Origin: a virus | Taxonomy: Duplodnaviria > Caudoviricetes | DNA length: 64,000 nt | Strand: one strand, 5' to 3' | Virus record (IMG/VR): IMGVR_UViG_3300031992_000052 | Coordinates: 1-64,000 of that record | Shown: one piece after another, positions 46,959 to 56,633 of the stretch | How positions within the stretch are numbered: the stretch's first letter is position 1 | Layout of the letters: the number at the start of each line of letters is the position of its first letter | The notes under the pieces: model-generated | Databases searched by the model: none | Seen by the model: only the letters and a program-made list of their open reading frames with translations | What the model was told of the DNA's origin: nothing | Program-made: the position numbers and the translations under genes

Positions 46959-49532
46959 ATGTCACAAGCAATTAATATTACTAAAGGTAACGACCACCGT
47001 CTGCGCGTAGCCATGACGCGATGGTCAGAGCCGATGGCACTGTCATCGAGCAGCAATGTGCACGCCTACGCCGTGAAGAGCGTGACGGGCGTAAGATATG
47101 CCCTCGTCGTGCGCTACTCAGCACAGGACGAGGGCGTGATGGAAGTGGACTGGCCTTCGACGCTGACGGCAGGCTGCTACGGTCTGGAGATTACTGGCAC
47201 ACTGGAGGGTGAGGGCCAGTGGCGCATGGCTGCCGCCAACGCCGTCAAAGTGACACAGGTAACGGAGAAAGGCGGCGAGAGCATCACCATGACCGGCGAC
47301 TCGTTCGATGTGGTGGGCGTAGTGACCGTCTGCGTAGGTTCCACCGGTGTCACCGAAGAGCTGCGCCAGGCGGTTGCCGACATGATTGAGGAGGAGTATA
47401 ACGCCTCCGAACGACTGCGCGAAGAAGGCGAGTTTGTCCGTGAGACCCACGAGGACAACCGTATACTGGCTGAAGAGGCGCGTGAGGGCAACGAGCTGAC
47501 GCGAGAGAACAATGAAACCACCCGCCAGACCAATGAGACCGCACGCCAACAGGCAGAGGCGGCACGGCAGGGAGCCGAGACGCAACGGCAGGAGGCAGAG
47601 TCGCAACGGGCAGGCAACGAGGAGTCACGCCAGCAGGTCTTCGAGACCTCGCAGACCCAACGGCAATCGTCCTACACCCAGGCCGAAATCGCCCGAGACA
47701 CGGCCTACCAGACGGCAGAGACAGCACGCAATAACGCCTACAGCACCGCCGAGGGCCAGCGCGATACCGCCTTCAGCGAAAAGCAGGCGGAGCGTCAGGC
47801 GGCGTACTCAACCGCCGAAGCCGCCCGCGATGCCGCCTTCACTGAAAAGCAGACCCAGCGCCAGACCTCCTTTGAGACGGCAGAAGCTGGAAGGGCAACA
47901 ACCTTTACTGCCAACGAGCAACAGCGCGGCACGACATTCGCCACCAACGAGCAGCAGCGGCAGACCACCTTCGCCACCAACGAGGGCACAAAGCAAGGTT
48001 CTGTAGCAGGCGACGGCAGCCGCTGGGGAATGTATAAGCAGGCAGAGTCACAGCGCGACAGCAGCTATCAGGCGGCAGAACAGCAGCGCGGCACATCCTA
48101 CCAGACAGCGGAAGGACAGCGCGACAGCGACTATCAGGCGGCAGAACAGCAGCGCGGCACATCCTACCAGGCGGCAGAACAGCAGCGTAACACAGAATCG
48201 TCGGCAGCAACGTCAGCCGCCAACAATGCCGCCGCAGCCGCCAACAAGGCTGCAGAGGATGCAGAAGACAAGATAGAAGAGCTGACGGCCAAGGAGGCCA
48301 CCATTGAAGACCTTGACGAGCTGGCACCCGCCATTACCGTGGCAGACCCAGCCATAGAGGTCATCAAGGTGATACTCGCCGACAAGACTGGAGAGCAGAA
48401 TCTGCAGGGACTGCCCGTCAGGCTGTACCTGTGGGATGACGAGAATGACGCGTGGGTACTTAGCGAGACAAAGACTGCCGACACCTACGGTATTGCTGTG
48501 TTCTCCGTGGAGTATGGGGTGTTGTATAAGATTACGTTTACGCAGGTGACGGGCTGTGAGGTGATAGCCGACGTGGAACACCGGGCTGCGCTGATATGGC
48601 GTGCCGTGGAAGCTACATACAAACTGCCTGATGCCGGTGAGATACTGACGGTGGTGACACACAGCCTGAGCGGTTCGGCATACACGCCTCTGGCGGGCGT
48701 GACGGTAAGTGTGAGCTACGGATCTGTAGTGAAGAGCAAGCAGACGGACGCACAGGGACAGGCAGAGTTCACTATCCCCACGGGACAGCAGTATACCGTC
48801 AGCACAACGCCTATCGACGGCCTCTATGCCCGATACAACAAATACAGCGAGAAGCATACCGCGAGCCAGACTCGCAGGACGCAGACCTTCACATATACAC
48901 CCTGCGAGACCGGCTTCTTCCTGATAGACGGCCAAGGCCGACAGTATAATATAGACGAGTGGCGTGACGCCGTTACTGCAGGAACGGTGGAAGCTGCCGA
49001 TGCCAAGCTGGTGAAGATAAGTACAGAAGCCCTTGCCTCGCACGGAGGTGTGTTTGCTATAGATATTGATATGATAGCCTACGGCACAGGGCAGCCTGCC
49101 AATCAGACATGGGCTGCATCAAACGTAAAGTTCAACTCCATTCCGGAGAACGGCAACAATACATCGGCGAACTACTATTACGACGGCTACACAGCATCGC
49201 AGCTCATTAAACAGGAAGGTGCCGAGCGTAGCATCGCCACTCCTGCCGTAACAGCCGCCATGGCTAAGAGTGTGACCGTAGGCGATGAGACATTACCAGG
49301 ATTCCTTGGCTCGATTGCCCAATGGAGTACGTTGTGGCAGAACCGTGCTGAGATAGATGCACTGATAGAAGAAGTAAGGCCAGACCACACCAACAGTATC
49401 AGCGCGAGAACGACACAGAAATGGACCAGCACACAGAGCAATGCCAACGGCGCCTGGTACTGGACTTCGAGTGCCAACTACGGCAACGCCAAGAACAACA
49501 GCTACGCTGTCGTTCCCTTCTTCGCGTATTAA
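46959..49532 (+). CDS. DGR target 1: tail fibre / receptor-binding protein with C-terminal CLec-like variable region
   Basis: Coiled-coil AE.QR repeats, Ig-like segments, ends WTSTQSNANGAWYWTSSANYGNAKNNSYAVVPFFAY. Confidence 0.85.
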   Translation: MSQAINITKGNDHRLRVAMTRWSEPMALSSSSNVHAYAVKSVTGVRYALVVRYSAQDEGVMEVDWPSTLTAGCYGLEITGTLEGEGQWRMAAANAVKVTQVTEKGGESITMTGDSFDVVGVVTVCVGSTGVTEELRQAVADMIEEEYNASERLREEGEFVRETHEDNRILAEEAREGNELTRENNETTRQTNETARQQAEAARQGAETQRQEAESQRAGNEESRQQVFETSQTQRQSSYTQAEIARDTAYQTAETARNNAYSTAEGQRDTAFSEKQAERQAAYSTAEAARDAAFTEKQTQRQTSFETAEAGRATTFTANEQQRGTTFATNEQQRQTTFATNEGTKQGSVAGDGSRWGMYKQAESQRDSSYQAAEQQRGTSYQTAEGQRDSDYQAAEQQRGTSYQAAEQQRNTESSAATSAANNAAAAANKAAEDAEDKIEELTAKEATIEDLDELAPAITVADPAIEVIKVILADKTGEQNLQGLPVRLYLWDDENDAWVLSETKTADTYGIAVFSVEYGVLYKITFTQVTGCEVIADVEHRAALIWRAVEATYKLPDAGEILTVVTHSLSGSAYTPLAGVTVSVSYGSVVKSKQTDAQGQAEFTIPTGQQYTVSTTPIDGLYARYNKYSEKHTASQTRRTQTFTYTPCETGFFLIDGQGRQYNIDEWRDAVTAGTVEAADAKLVKISTEALASHGGVFAIDIDMIAYGTGQPANQTWAASNVKFNSIPENGNNTSANYYYDGYTASQLIKQEGAERSIATPAVTAAMAKSVTVGDETLPGFLGSIAQWSTLWQNRAEIDALIEEVRPDHTNSISARTTQKWTSTQSNANGAWYWTSSANYGNAKNNSYAVVPFFAY
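49428..49526 (+). repeat. DGR variable region VR1
   Basis: Differs from TR only at TR adenines, plus one extra NNC codon. Confidence 0.93.
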
Positions 49533-49580
49533 TCTCTTTAACTCTTTAACTCTTGAACTCTTTAGAACAAGCATAGGAAC

Positions 49581-50894
49581 ATGGAAAAAGAAGTATTGGA
49601 AGGATATTGGGAAAGGATGAGAGCCCAGTTTGCCAGCAAGGCCCAGATACAAGCCCTCGCCGACCTAAAGCAAAATATGTTGACACCTGGAGCTGGCATC
49701 AGGATAAATAACGACGTGATTTCCAGCGAACCCATCACGGAGGAGTTGGTGCAGATAGGCATAACGTCCAACGTTGCTGGTGTCAGTGTGAGTGGGCTGA
49801 CCGTCAATGCCTACTACAACGGCAGTACGGAGGTGAGTGGCACAGCAACGACGGATGTTGATGGCAATGCGCTGCTGAGGGTGCCGACGGGCTATACATA
49901 CAGGCTGGAGTTCCCCGTGATTGCAGGCTGTGAGGTGATTGCCGACATAGAGAAAACAGCCTCGCTGGTGTGGCGTGGCGTGAATGTGCAATACACCACG
50001 GGACTGGAGCAGGTAGAGGTGTACCTGCGCAAGCAGCTGACAAGCAGCACGGAGGCGGTGGCTGGCCAGACTGTCAGCGTGACAACGGGTGGCACAACAA
50101 CCACCTACACCACAGACTCAGACGGCAAGGTGACGTTTGGCGTGACTATCGGTGACAGCTATACGGTTTCAGCTCCGAAGCTGCGGGACTGGTATGTGAG
50201 TCGGGGAGAGTATACAAGGACTTTCGTTGCAGCCTACGAGTCTCGCGGCGTAGAGTACACCTACAAGGCTTATGACAGCGGACTGAAGGTGGTAGACCGT
50301 GAGGGTAACGAATATACCACCGAGCAGTTTGCTGCTGCCATAGAGGCTGGCACAAAGGCACCAAACGATGCCTATCTGGTGAAGGTGGCGACTGACGCGC
50401 TGGTGTCTGGGAGCGGCTGTTTTGCCGTAAGGATAGACGATATAGTCAACAGAGGCGGCGGTGCCACATGGTCAGGCAACAATACGCTGTTCAACGACAT
50501 CCCGGCCAATGGCAACAATAGCGGCAATGCGCTCTACTATAACGGGCTGCGCGCCAGCGAACTGATACAAGCAGAGGGCGATACAAGGAACATATCAACG
50601 CCTGCCGTCGATGCCTGCTTGTCGCAGAGTATTACCTTCGGCTCCGTCGAGCACAAGGGATTTTTAGGCGCCATCGGACAGTGGAGTGTCTTGTGGGCTA
50701 ACAGGACAGCTGTAGATGCCATCATAGCCCTGACAAGACCCAACGCGACAAACAGCCTGAGCAACTACACGACGCAGAAATGGACCAGCACACAGTACAG
50801 TGCCAACGGCGCCTGGAACTGGACTTCGAGTGCCAACAACGTCAGCAGCCTCAAGGTCGTCAGCTACGCTGTCGTTCCCTTCTTCGCGTATTAA
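49581..50894 (+). CDS. DGR target 2: paralogous adhesin with C-terminal variable region
   Basis: Shares GCEVIAD..WR.V, WSVLWANR and TTQKWTSTQ blocks with target 1. Confidence 0.85.
   Translation: MEKEVLEGYWERMRAQFASKAQIQALADLKQNMLTPGAGIRINNDVISSEPITEELVQIGITSNVAGVSVSGLTVNAYYNGSTEVSGTATTDVDGNALLRVPTGYTYRLEFPVIAGCEVIADIEKTASLVWRGVNVQYTTGLEQVEVYLRKQLTSSTEAVAGQTVSVTTGGTTTTYTTDSDGKVTFGVTIGDSYTVSAPKLRDWYVSRGEYTRTFVAAYESRGVEYTYKAYDSGLKVVDREGNEYTTEQFAAAIEAGTKAPNDAYLVKVATDALVSGSGCFAVRIDDIVNRGGGATWSGNNTLFNDIPANGNNSGNALYYNGLRASELIQAEGDTRNISTPAVDACLSQSITFGSVEHKGFLGAIGQWSVLWANRTAVDAIIALTRPNATNSLSNYTTQKWTSTQYSANGAWNWTSSANNVSSLKVVSYAVVPFFAY
50787..50888 (+). repeat. DGR variable region VR2
   Basis: Differs from TR only at TR adenines, plus two extra NNC codons. 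Confidence 0.93.
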
Positions 50895-50973
50895 TCTCTT
50901 TAACTCTTCAACTCTTTATCTCTTTAAAAAATAAGCATCGGACAAACCCTCTAAAAGTAACGATTAAAAGAAT

Positions 50974-51369
50974 ATGCTATCAGAGAAATTGCAGATTTAC
51001 CTTGACACCTACAAGCTGGTAGAAGTGCTTTACAGGCACATGAGCAATGTGCCTAAAGCCTACCGCTATGGTGAATACGGGCGTGCATCGAGCATGTCGT
51101 TTGAGGCACTGGACATGATTTACGTGGCCAACAGCAGCCAAGAAGAACGGCCAGCAGCGCTGACACGCTATCTGCAACTGATAGGCGGTGTGCGCAGCAG
51201 AATGCGCCTGATGAGCGAGATGAAAATCCTGCCGCCGAAGATGAGCGTCAACGTTCAGTTCCTGCTGGATAAAGTCTCGCGTCAGGCTATCGGCTGGCGC
51301 AACGCTTCGCAAAGACCAGAGCCGCTACGCCACGGCAACGCGGGAGAGTCGCATCTTGACAAGAGATGA
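50974..51369 (+). CDS. avd: DGR accessory variability determinant (four-helix bundle)
   Basis: LQIYLDTYKL...PKAYRYGEYG...SRQAIGW; located between VR and TR/RT. Confidence 0.85.
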   Translation: MLSEKLQIYLDTYKLVEVLYRHMSNVPKAYRYGEYGRASSMSFEALDMIYVANSSQEERPAALTRYLQLIGGVRSRMRLMSEMKILPPKMSVNVQFLLDKVSRQAIGWRNASQRPEPLRHGNAGESHLDKR

Positions 51370-51450
51370 TACGGGTCGTCGCTTTCACTCCCTGTAAAAA
51401 AAGGGGAAGAAGCAAAGGATTTGCAATACGAATATAGTAACGACACACTG

Positions 51451-51546
51451 AGCACACAGAACAATGCCAACAACGCCTGGAACTGGACTTCGAGTGCCAA
51501 CAACAACAACAAGAACAACAGCTACGCTGTCGTTCCCTTCTTCGCG
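51451..51546 (+). ncRNA. DGR template repeat (TR)
   Basis: AAC-rich 96-nt copy of both VRs; diverges after TTCTTCGCG (CAT in TR, TAT TAA in VRs: IMH*/IMH). Confidence 0.93.
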
Positions 51547-51580
51547 CATCGTCAGCAAGGAGCACGTTACTATAGAGGAT

Positions 51581-52708
51581 ATGTTCGATGCTTACCGCAA
51601 CTGCCGCCGGCATAAGCGATGCAAGGACAGTGCCATTGAGTTTGAGCTGAACTACGAACTGAACTGCTACGCACTCTACCAGCAGCTGAACAGCCAGGCC
51701 TACCAGCCCGGTACGTCGGTCACGTTCTGTGTGACGCGGCCAAAGCTGCGTGAGGTGTTCGCCGCCATGTTCCGCGACCGCGTGGTACACACGCTGCTGA
51801 TGATGCGCACGGAGGCAGCCGTGGAATGCAGGCTTACCGACTGTGCCTGTGCCTGCCGCAAGGGAAAGGGCACGCACTACGCCGTCAGAAGACTGAAAGA
51901 CATGCTAATGATGGCTCCGGATGGATGGACGGTAAAATGCGACATCAGCGGCTTCTTTATGGCCATCGACAAGCGCGTGCTGCTGCCCCTGTGGGAGGAT
52001 GTGGTCAGAGAGGCGTGCCCTGACGATACCGACTGGTGGCTGTGGCTGACGAGGACGGTTATCATGCACAGGCCGGAGCACGACTGTGAGATGCACGGCA
52101 ACAGAAACCTGTGGAAGCGGCTGCCAGACAACAAGACACTGTTCCGTACCAACGGGCTGGGTATGCCAATAGGCAACCTGCCCAGCCAGATTTCAGCCAA
52201 CCTGTATCTTGCGGAGTTTGACAGGCAGATGACGGTGTGGCTTGGCGGCGAGATGCGCTACGTGCGCTATGCCGACGACTTTGTGATGGTACACCCCGAC
52301 AGGCACGTACTGCTGCGGGTGCTGTCGCAGGCTCGCGAATGGCTGAGAGAGCACCGCAGGCTGGAGCTGCACCCGAAGAAAGTGACCATACAGCCCGTTA
52401 GCCGTGGCGTGAACTTCTTAGGCTCGTTTGTGAGAGGCGGTATTGTCACGCCCGGCAAGAGGCTGCGTGGCAATGCGCTGAGAGTGGCCGACGAGTGGGC
52501 AATGGCAGGCACACACACCGACGAAGAACGCCTGCGTGTATGCCGCCAATGGAACAGCTATGCAGGTCTGCTGCGACAGTACGACTCCTACAGAATACGG
52601 CGCAGTATGTGGCGGCGGATGGGAGATTACGAGGGCTTGAATTGTATTAACATGAATAAGATAGTATTAACCAATAAAAACAAAAATCATTATGAGACAG
52701 TTTGTTAA
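51581..52708 (+). CDS. DGR reverse transcriptase (start uncertain; frame open from 51464)
   Basis: KLREVFAAMFRDRVVH, KCDISGFF, GMPIGNLPSQ, YVRYADDF, GVNFLG. Confidence 0.93.
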   Translation: MFDAYRNCRRHKRCKDSAIEFELNYELNCYALYQQLNSQAYQPGTSVTFCVTRPKLREVFAAMFRDRVVHTLLMMRTEAAVECRLTDCACACRKGKGTHYAVRRLKDMLMMAPDGWTVKCDISGFFMAIDKRVLLPLWEDVVREACPDDTDWWLWLTRTVIMHRPEHDCEMHGNRNLWKRLPDNKTLFRTNGLGMPIGNLPSQISANLYLAEFDRQMTVWLGGEMRYVRYADDFVMVHPDRHVLLRVLSQAREWLREHRRLELHPKKVTIQPVSRGVNFLGSFVRGGIVTPGKRLRGNALRVADEWAMAGTHTDEERLRVCRQWNSYAGLLRQYDSYRIRRSMWRRMGDYEGLNCINMNKIVLTNKNKNHYETVC

Positions 52709-53306
52709 AAGTGTCGTACCTGCCGAGGGGTACGAGGAAGTGAAGAAAGTAGGCAGCAAGTATGTGGTACATCTGGAGGGTGTTCCGTCGGGAGAAGCCG
52801 ATGGTACTACGGCCTGCTGGGAAACAATGACCGACGGGGAGCCTGATATGGCTGCTCTGACGGAAGAGCTACAGGCATGGAAAGCCCACGTCGCAGAACT
52901 GGAGCTTACGTCTGCCGTATCGTCCAAGCAGCGCGAGATCCTGTCCTATGACAGTTCGCCATCCGTAAACAGCTTCGAGATTCGGCGTAACGGCGAGAAG
53001 ATGATGGACTACTGGATAGGCCGTGACCTGCGTACCTCGCTGGAGGGCGACGTGCTGGCAGCATCGGCCATCGGTGACACCTACAAGTTCGATATCCGCG
53101 AGCTGGGTATCACGCTGGAGCTGAACTGCACTAAGTTCTTGGCCGCCCTTACACACCTACGCCAGTATGCCTACCAGGCTTTCAATGTCACCAGCCTTCA
53201 CCTGGCTAACGTGGGCCAGCTTACTACTGTAGAAGCCGTGCAGGGGTATGACTTCACCACAGGCTATCCCGCAAAGCTGGTGTTTAATCTTGAGGAGCTG
53301 ACCTAA
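52692..53306 (+). CDS. DUF4376-like tail fibre assembly protein
   Basis: YDSSPSVNSF...YAYQAFNVT..H...YDFTTGYPAKL; position next to fibre genes. Confidence 0.6.
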   Translation: MRQFVKSVVPAEGYEEVKKVGSKYVVHLEGVPSGEADGTTACWETMTDGEPDMAALTEELQAWKAHVAELELTSAVSSKQREILSYDSSPSVNSFEIRRNGEKMMDYWIGRDLRTSLEGDVLAASAIGDTYKFDIRELGITLELNCTKFLAALTHLRQYAYQAFNVTSLHLANVGQLTTVEAVQGYDFTTGYPAKLVFNLEELT

Positions 53307-53446
53307 AAAAAGGAATGGTATGAAAGATGTAATGTTCGCCGGGATGGGCATGATGTATATGCTCTCCGTCATCGTCATAGCACAGTCCCGTCTGTTGCGA
53401 TACCATCGCAACAATCCCTAATACTCTCCCCTCGGGGACGAGAGTA

Positions 53447-53611
53447 TAAAAAAGGTCCCCGAACAACTTTTCTTCATTATGTAGCATCTGACCTCTAATA
53501 ATATAGCCGCTTACGACAGCAAGTTGCCCGGGGACTAAATTGTCACCCTCGTACCGCTGCCGTAAAGCGTTTGTGCTATATCAATATAGAGGTCAGATGG
53601 GTGCAAAGGTA
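53447..53611 (-). ncRNA. putative structured antisense RNA with own promoter
   Basis: TACCTTTG on - strand (53604-53611); long stem CATCTGACCTCTA / TAGAGGTCAGATG (53485-53599); T tract at its end. Confidence 0.45.
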
Positions 53612-53645
53612 ATAAGAATATTTTAATCTTTAACATTTTTGCACG

Positions 53646-53885
53646 ATGAAAAGAATAGATTTAGTGGAATTTAACAAGGAACTGCTTCAAAAGTTGAACG
53701 AAGCGGGCATCCGATTGGAGGATTACAAGTATTGCGACTTATACCGCGACTACCTTGAATTATCAAAAACGATGGTCACTCGCAAGGCAGTTATCCTGAC
53801 GCTGGCCGAGCGTCATCATATCAGCGACAGACAAGTTTATAACATCTTGCACCACCTTGAAATGTCAGTAAACAGAAGACATTGA
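53646..53885 (+). CDS. small HTH protein
   Basis: LAERHHISDRQVYNIL HTH. Confidence 0.7.
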   Translation: MKRIDLVEFNKELLQKLNEAGIRLEDYKYCDLYRDYLELSKTMVTRKAVILTLAERHHISDRQVYNILHHLEMSVNRRH

Positions 53886-53961
53886 AACCGCCACTTCACG
53901 GATGAACCGTAGGCTTCGGGTGATATGCTTTCATTCACTTCATAATCAAGTGATTAGTGAA

Positions 53962-53969
53962 TAACTTTG
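53962..53969 (+). promoter_or_regulatory. Bacteroidetes -7 promoter element
   Basis: TAACTTTG upstream of the 54045 operon. Confidence 0.6.
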
Positions 53970-54044
53970 CCCGTGGGTTCGGATTTCCCGACCCGCGAGT
54001 TAATTCACATTATTATTCACAACCAACACAAACACTTTACAACA

Positions 54045-55124
54045 ATGAGTGACATGAAAGTTTTCTCTATTCCCGACTCGAACGGCGGCAATGGAGGTAA
54101 TGCGCTTGCCAACGGCATCGTGCCCTTCATGCTCGGTGCGGGCATGAGCGGTGGTCTCGGTGGCTTCGGCTTCGGTGGCTACGGTGGCTACAACATGATG
54201 AACATGAACAACATCACTGAGTTGTTCGCCATGGGCATCCTGGCCAGCATGTTCGGCTGGAACGGCAACGGCGGCTTCGGCGGCATGGGTGGAGCCAACG
54301 GCGTAGGATTCCTTGCCAACCAGTTGAACAACGACAACGGGCGTGACCTCATCATGCAGGCCGTCACTTCGCAGGGCGAACAGGCACGCACGGCCACCCA
54401 GACGCTGAGCACCATGCTCGGTCAGGACTTCAACCTCGTCAACAGCGGCATCCAGCTCATCCAGAGCTCGCTGTCAAGCATCGCTGCCCAGCAGGGCATG
54501 ACCCCGCTGCAGATCATCAACAGCATCCAGGCAGGCAACGCAGCCCTGAGCCAGCAGCTCTGTCAGTGCTGCTGCGACAACAAGTTCGCTATCGCCGAAC
54601 AGACCTCGCAGCTCCAACAGGGCATGAACACTGGCTTCAACGGTGTGCAGATGGGGCTGAACCAGGGCTTCAACGGTGTGGAGCGCGGACTCTCTGGCAT
54701 CCAGACGCAGATGGCGCTCAACGCAGGCAAGGACGAGCTGGCCACCTGTCAGCAGACCTACACCCTCACCGACGGCGCCAACCGCAATACGCAGGCCGTT
54801 CTGGCCAAGCTCGACGCCATGCAGACCCAGGCACTGCAGGACAAACTCGATGCTGCCCGCGAGAAGAACACGCAGCTGGCCGGCGAGATTTCGCAACTGA
54901 ACCAGAACCAGTACATCGCTGGTGTGGTCGGTCAGACGATGGCTCCCGTAAACGCACAACTCGCAGCCCTGAACAAGGAGGTGGACGATATCAAGTGCAA
55001 GCTGCCTAACACGGTGAACGTGCAGTACCCGAACCTGGTGGCTGTCAACGCTACGCCCTACGTCAGCGGCGGCATCTATCCTAACGGAATGTTTGGCGGC
55101 TACGGCGGTAACTACGGTTTCTAA
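54045..55124 (+). CDS. Gly-rich / Gln-Asn-rich coiled-coil protein with CQCCC motif, unknown function
   Basis: Start moved to MSDMK; composition and QQLCQCCCD motif. Confidence 0.75.
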   Translation: MSDMKVFSIPDSNGGNGGNALANGIVPFMLGAGMSGGLGGFGFGGYGGYNMMNMNNITELFAMGILASMFGWNGNGGFGGMGGANGVGFLANQLNNDNGRDLIMQAVTSQGEQARTATQTLSTMLGQDFNLVNSGIQLIQSSLSSIAAQQGMTPLQIINSIQAGNAALSQQLCQCCCDNKFAIAEQTSQLQQGMNTGFNGVQMGLNQGFNGVERGLSGIQTQMALNAGKDELATCQQTYTLTDGANRNTQAVLAKLDAMQTQALQDKLDAAREKNTQLAGEISQLNQNQYIAGVVGQTMAPVNAQLAALNKEVDDIKCKLPNTVNVQYPNLVAVNATPYVSGGIYPNGMFGGYGGNYGF

Positions 55125-55140
55125 CGGAAGGAGGTGAGCT

Positions 55141-55485
55141 ATGGCATGTAACATTAACATTCCAACTAATCAGGGCGGCATACCATACCTGCAGTCCACC
55201 AACACCACCGTTGGCACAACGGCTGTAGACATCGCCCTCGGCTTCAACCGCCGACCGCTGCCGCCCGTGGGTTACTTCACCGTGCGTCTCACCGATGCCA
55301 TCCCTGCCGGAACCACGACCACGCTGCCCGTCACGCTGACCCGCAACGGCCAGACACGCCAGCTCACGCTCTTTGACGGCACGCCCGTCACGGTGGCTGA
55401 GCTGATTGGCGGCACCGGCGTGTTCCTCGTGTTCAACGACGCAGGCAATGGCATCCTCCAACTGATGAGCCGCACCGTCGTCTAA
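55141..55485 (+). CDS. hypothetical beta-rich protein
   Basis: 114-aa ORF in operon. Confidence 0.7.
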   Translation: MACNINIPTNQGGIPYLQSTNTTVGTTAVDIALGFNRRPLPPVGYFTVRLTDAIPAGTTTTLPVTLTRNGQTRQLTLFDGTPVTVAELIGGTGVFLVFNDAGNGILQLMSRTVV

Positions 55486-55548
55486 TCTTCCGCAGGCTGC
55501 GGAAACTCCGCAGCCTGCTATTAACCAACACAAAAAAAGTAAAACAAC

Positions 55549-56106
55549 ATGGATTTCCAAAGTCTAAAGCAGGGTTCTCCCATCTATATCCTTCAGGAAG
55601 GCGGCACCGAACCACAACTTACCGTTGCAACGGTGGCCAACAAGCCAGAACCAAAGCCAATGTATATGACACAGACACCTGGTGCAACGCCCGGTATCTA
55701 TGCCGGCACGAACATGATGCAGCCCGTCGTGGAGATTGTGGTCCACATGGGTAATGAGGACGTCCCGTTCTCCAACCTTTCTCCGACAGCTTCGACAGCC
55801 ACGTACAACAACGGACAGACTACTATCAGTTGCACGACTGAAGGCATGCTGCCCGCCGTCGATGCAATGATGCAGAAGGCCAGAAAGCGCATCGAGGAAC
55901 GGCCCTACGACGATGCGGTGATGGCGAAAGGTAAAGAGTTCCTGATGTCGCTCAACCCCCGCTATAAAGAGGAGGAAGAGCAGAAGCAGGACATCGCCAA
56001 CCTGAAAGGACAGATGGGCGACGTGGTAAACACCATGAACACCATGATGTCCATGATGCAGGATCTTAACAAGAAGATTTCCGGCACCTCGCCGAAGGGC
56101 AAGTAG
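55549..56106 (+). CDS. hypothetical protein
   Basis: 185-aa ORF in operon. Confidence 0.75.
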   Translation: MDFQSLKQGSPIYILQEGGTEPQLTVATVANKPEPKPMYMTQTPGATPGIYAGTNMMQPVVEIVVHMGNEDVPFSNLSPTASTATYNNGQTTISCTTEGMLPAVDAMMQKARKRIEERPYDDAVMAKGKEFLMSLNPRYKEEEEQKQDIANLKGQMGDVVNTMNTMMSMMQDLNKKISGTSPKGK

Positions 56107-56169
56107 AAGTCCGTGTGCCGTGCGGTTCTGCCGCACGGATAGTAATAACCCTTTAATTCAGCAACGACT

Positions 56170-56508
56170 ATGATTTTCGGAATAGAATTTCGTGACGAGC
56201 AAGACAAGCGCGAGCTCGTCGAACTGGCACAGACAGCCAAGGAAAACGTCTGTGACCTGTGGGAGAAGTTGGCCGAGCACATTCCCGAGCTCCAGCAGAT
56301 CCAGGAGCGTGGTGGCCGCTATCGCGGCGGCTACGGCATGGGATGGCAGGGCAATGTTGGCTACCGTAACTACGGTGGCGGTACCAACTACCGCGAAGGC
56401 TATCCTCAGCACATGATGGGTGGCTATGACCCAGCTATGGGAGGCTACGGCCCAACGTTCCGCGAGAACCCCGCCTATACCGGCGGCGGTGACCGTCGCG
56501 GTTACTAA
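56170..56508 (+). CDS. protein with Gly/Tyr/Arg low-complexity tail
   Basis: RGGRYRGGYGMG...GGGDRRGY; ACGACTATG start. Confidence 0.7.
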   Translation: MIFGIEFRDEQDKRELVELAQTAKENVCDLWEKLAEHIPELQQIQERGGRYRGGYGMGWQGNVGYRNYGGGTNYREGYPQHMMGGYDPAMGGYGPTFRENPAYTGGGDRRGY

Positions 56509-56633
56509 TTCTCCCCTTGGGCGGGTGCCGGTGCCCGGCGTTTCTCCGCCGGGACAATCCCGCCGCCCGCCCGTTTTTATTATCCTAATGTCCCGTATGC
56601 TGCGCATTGTCGCAGTCCTAAAAAAGAAAGAAT

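Noticed and set aside
47500-48250. DNA direct repeats in DGR target 1 as a separate element
   Set aside because: Explained by coiled-coil protein repeats (AEQQRGTSYQ)
51421-51615. 64-aa ORF reading the TR in the VR frame
   Set aside because: A consequence of TR/VR identity; the TR functions as RNA template
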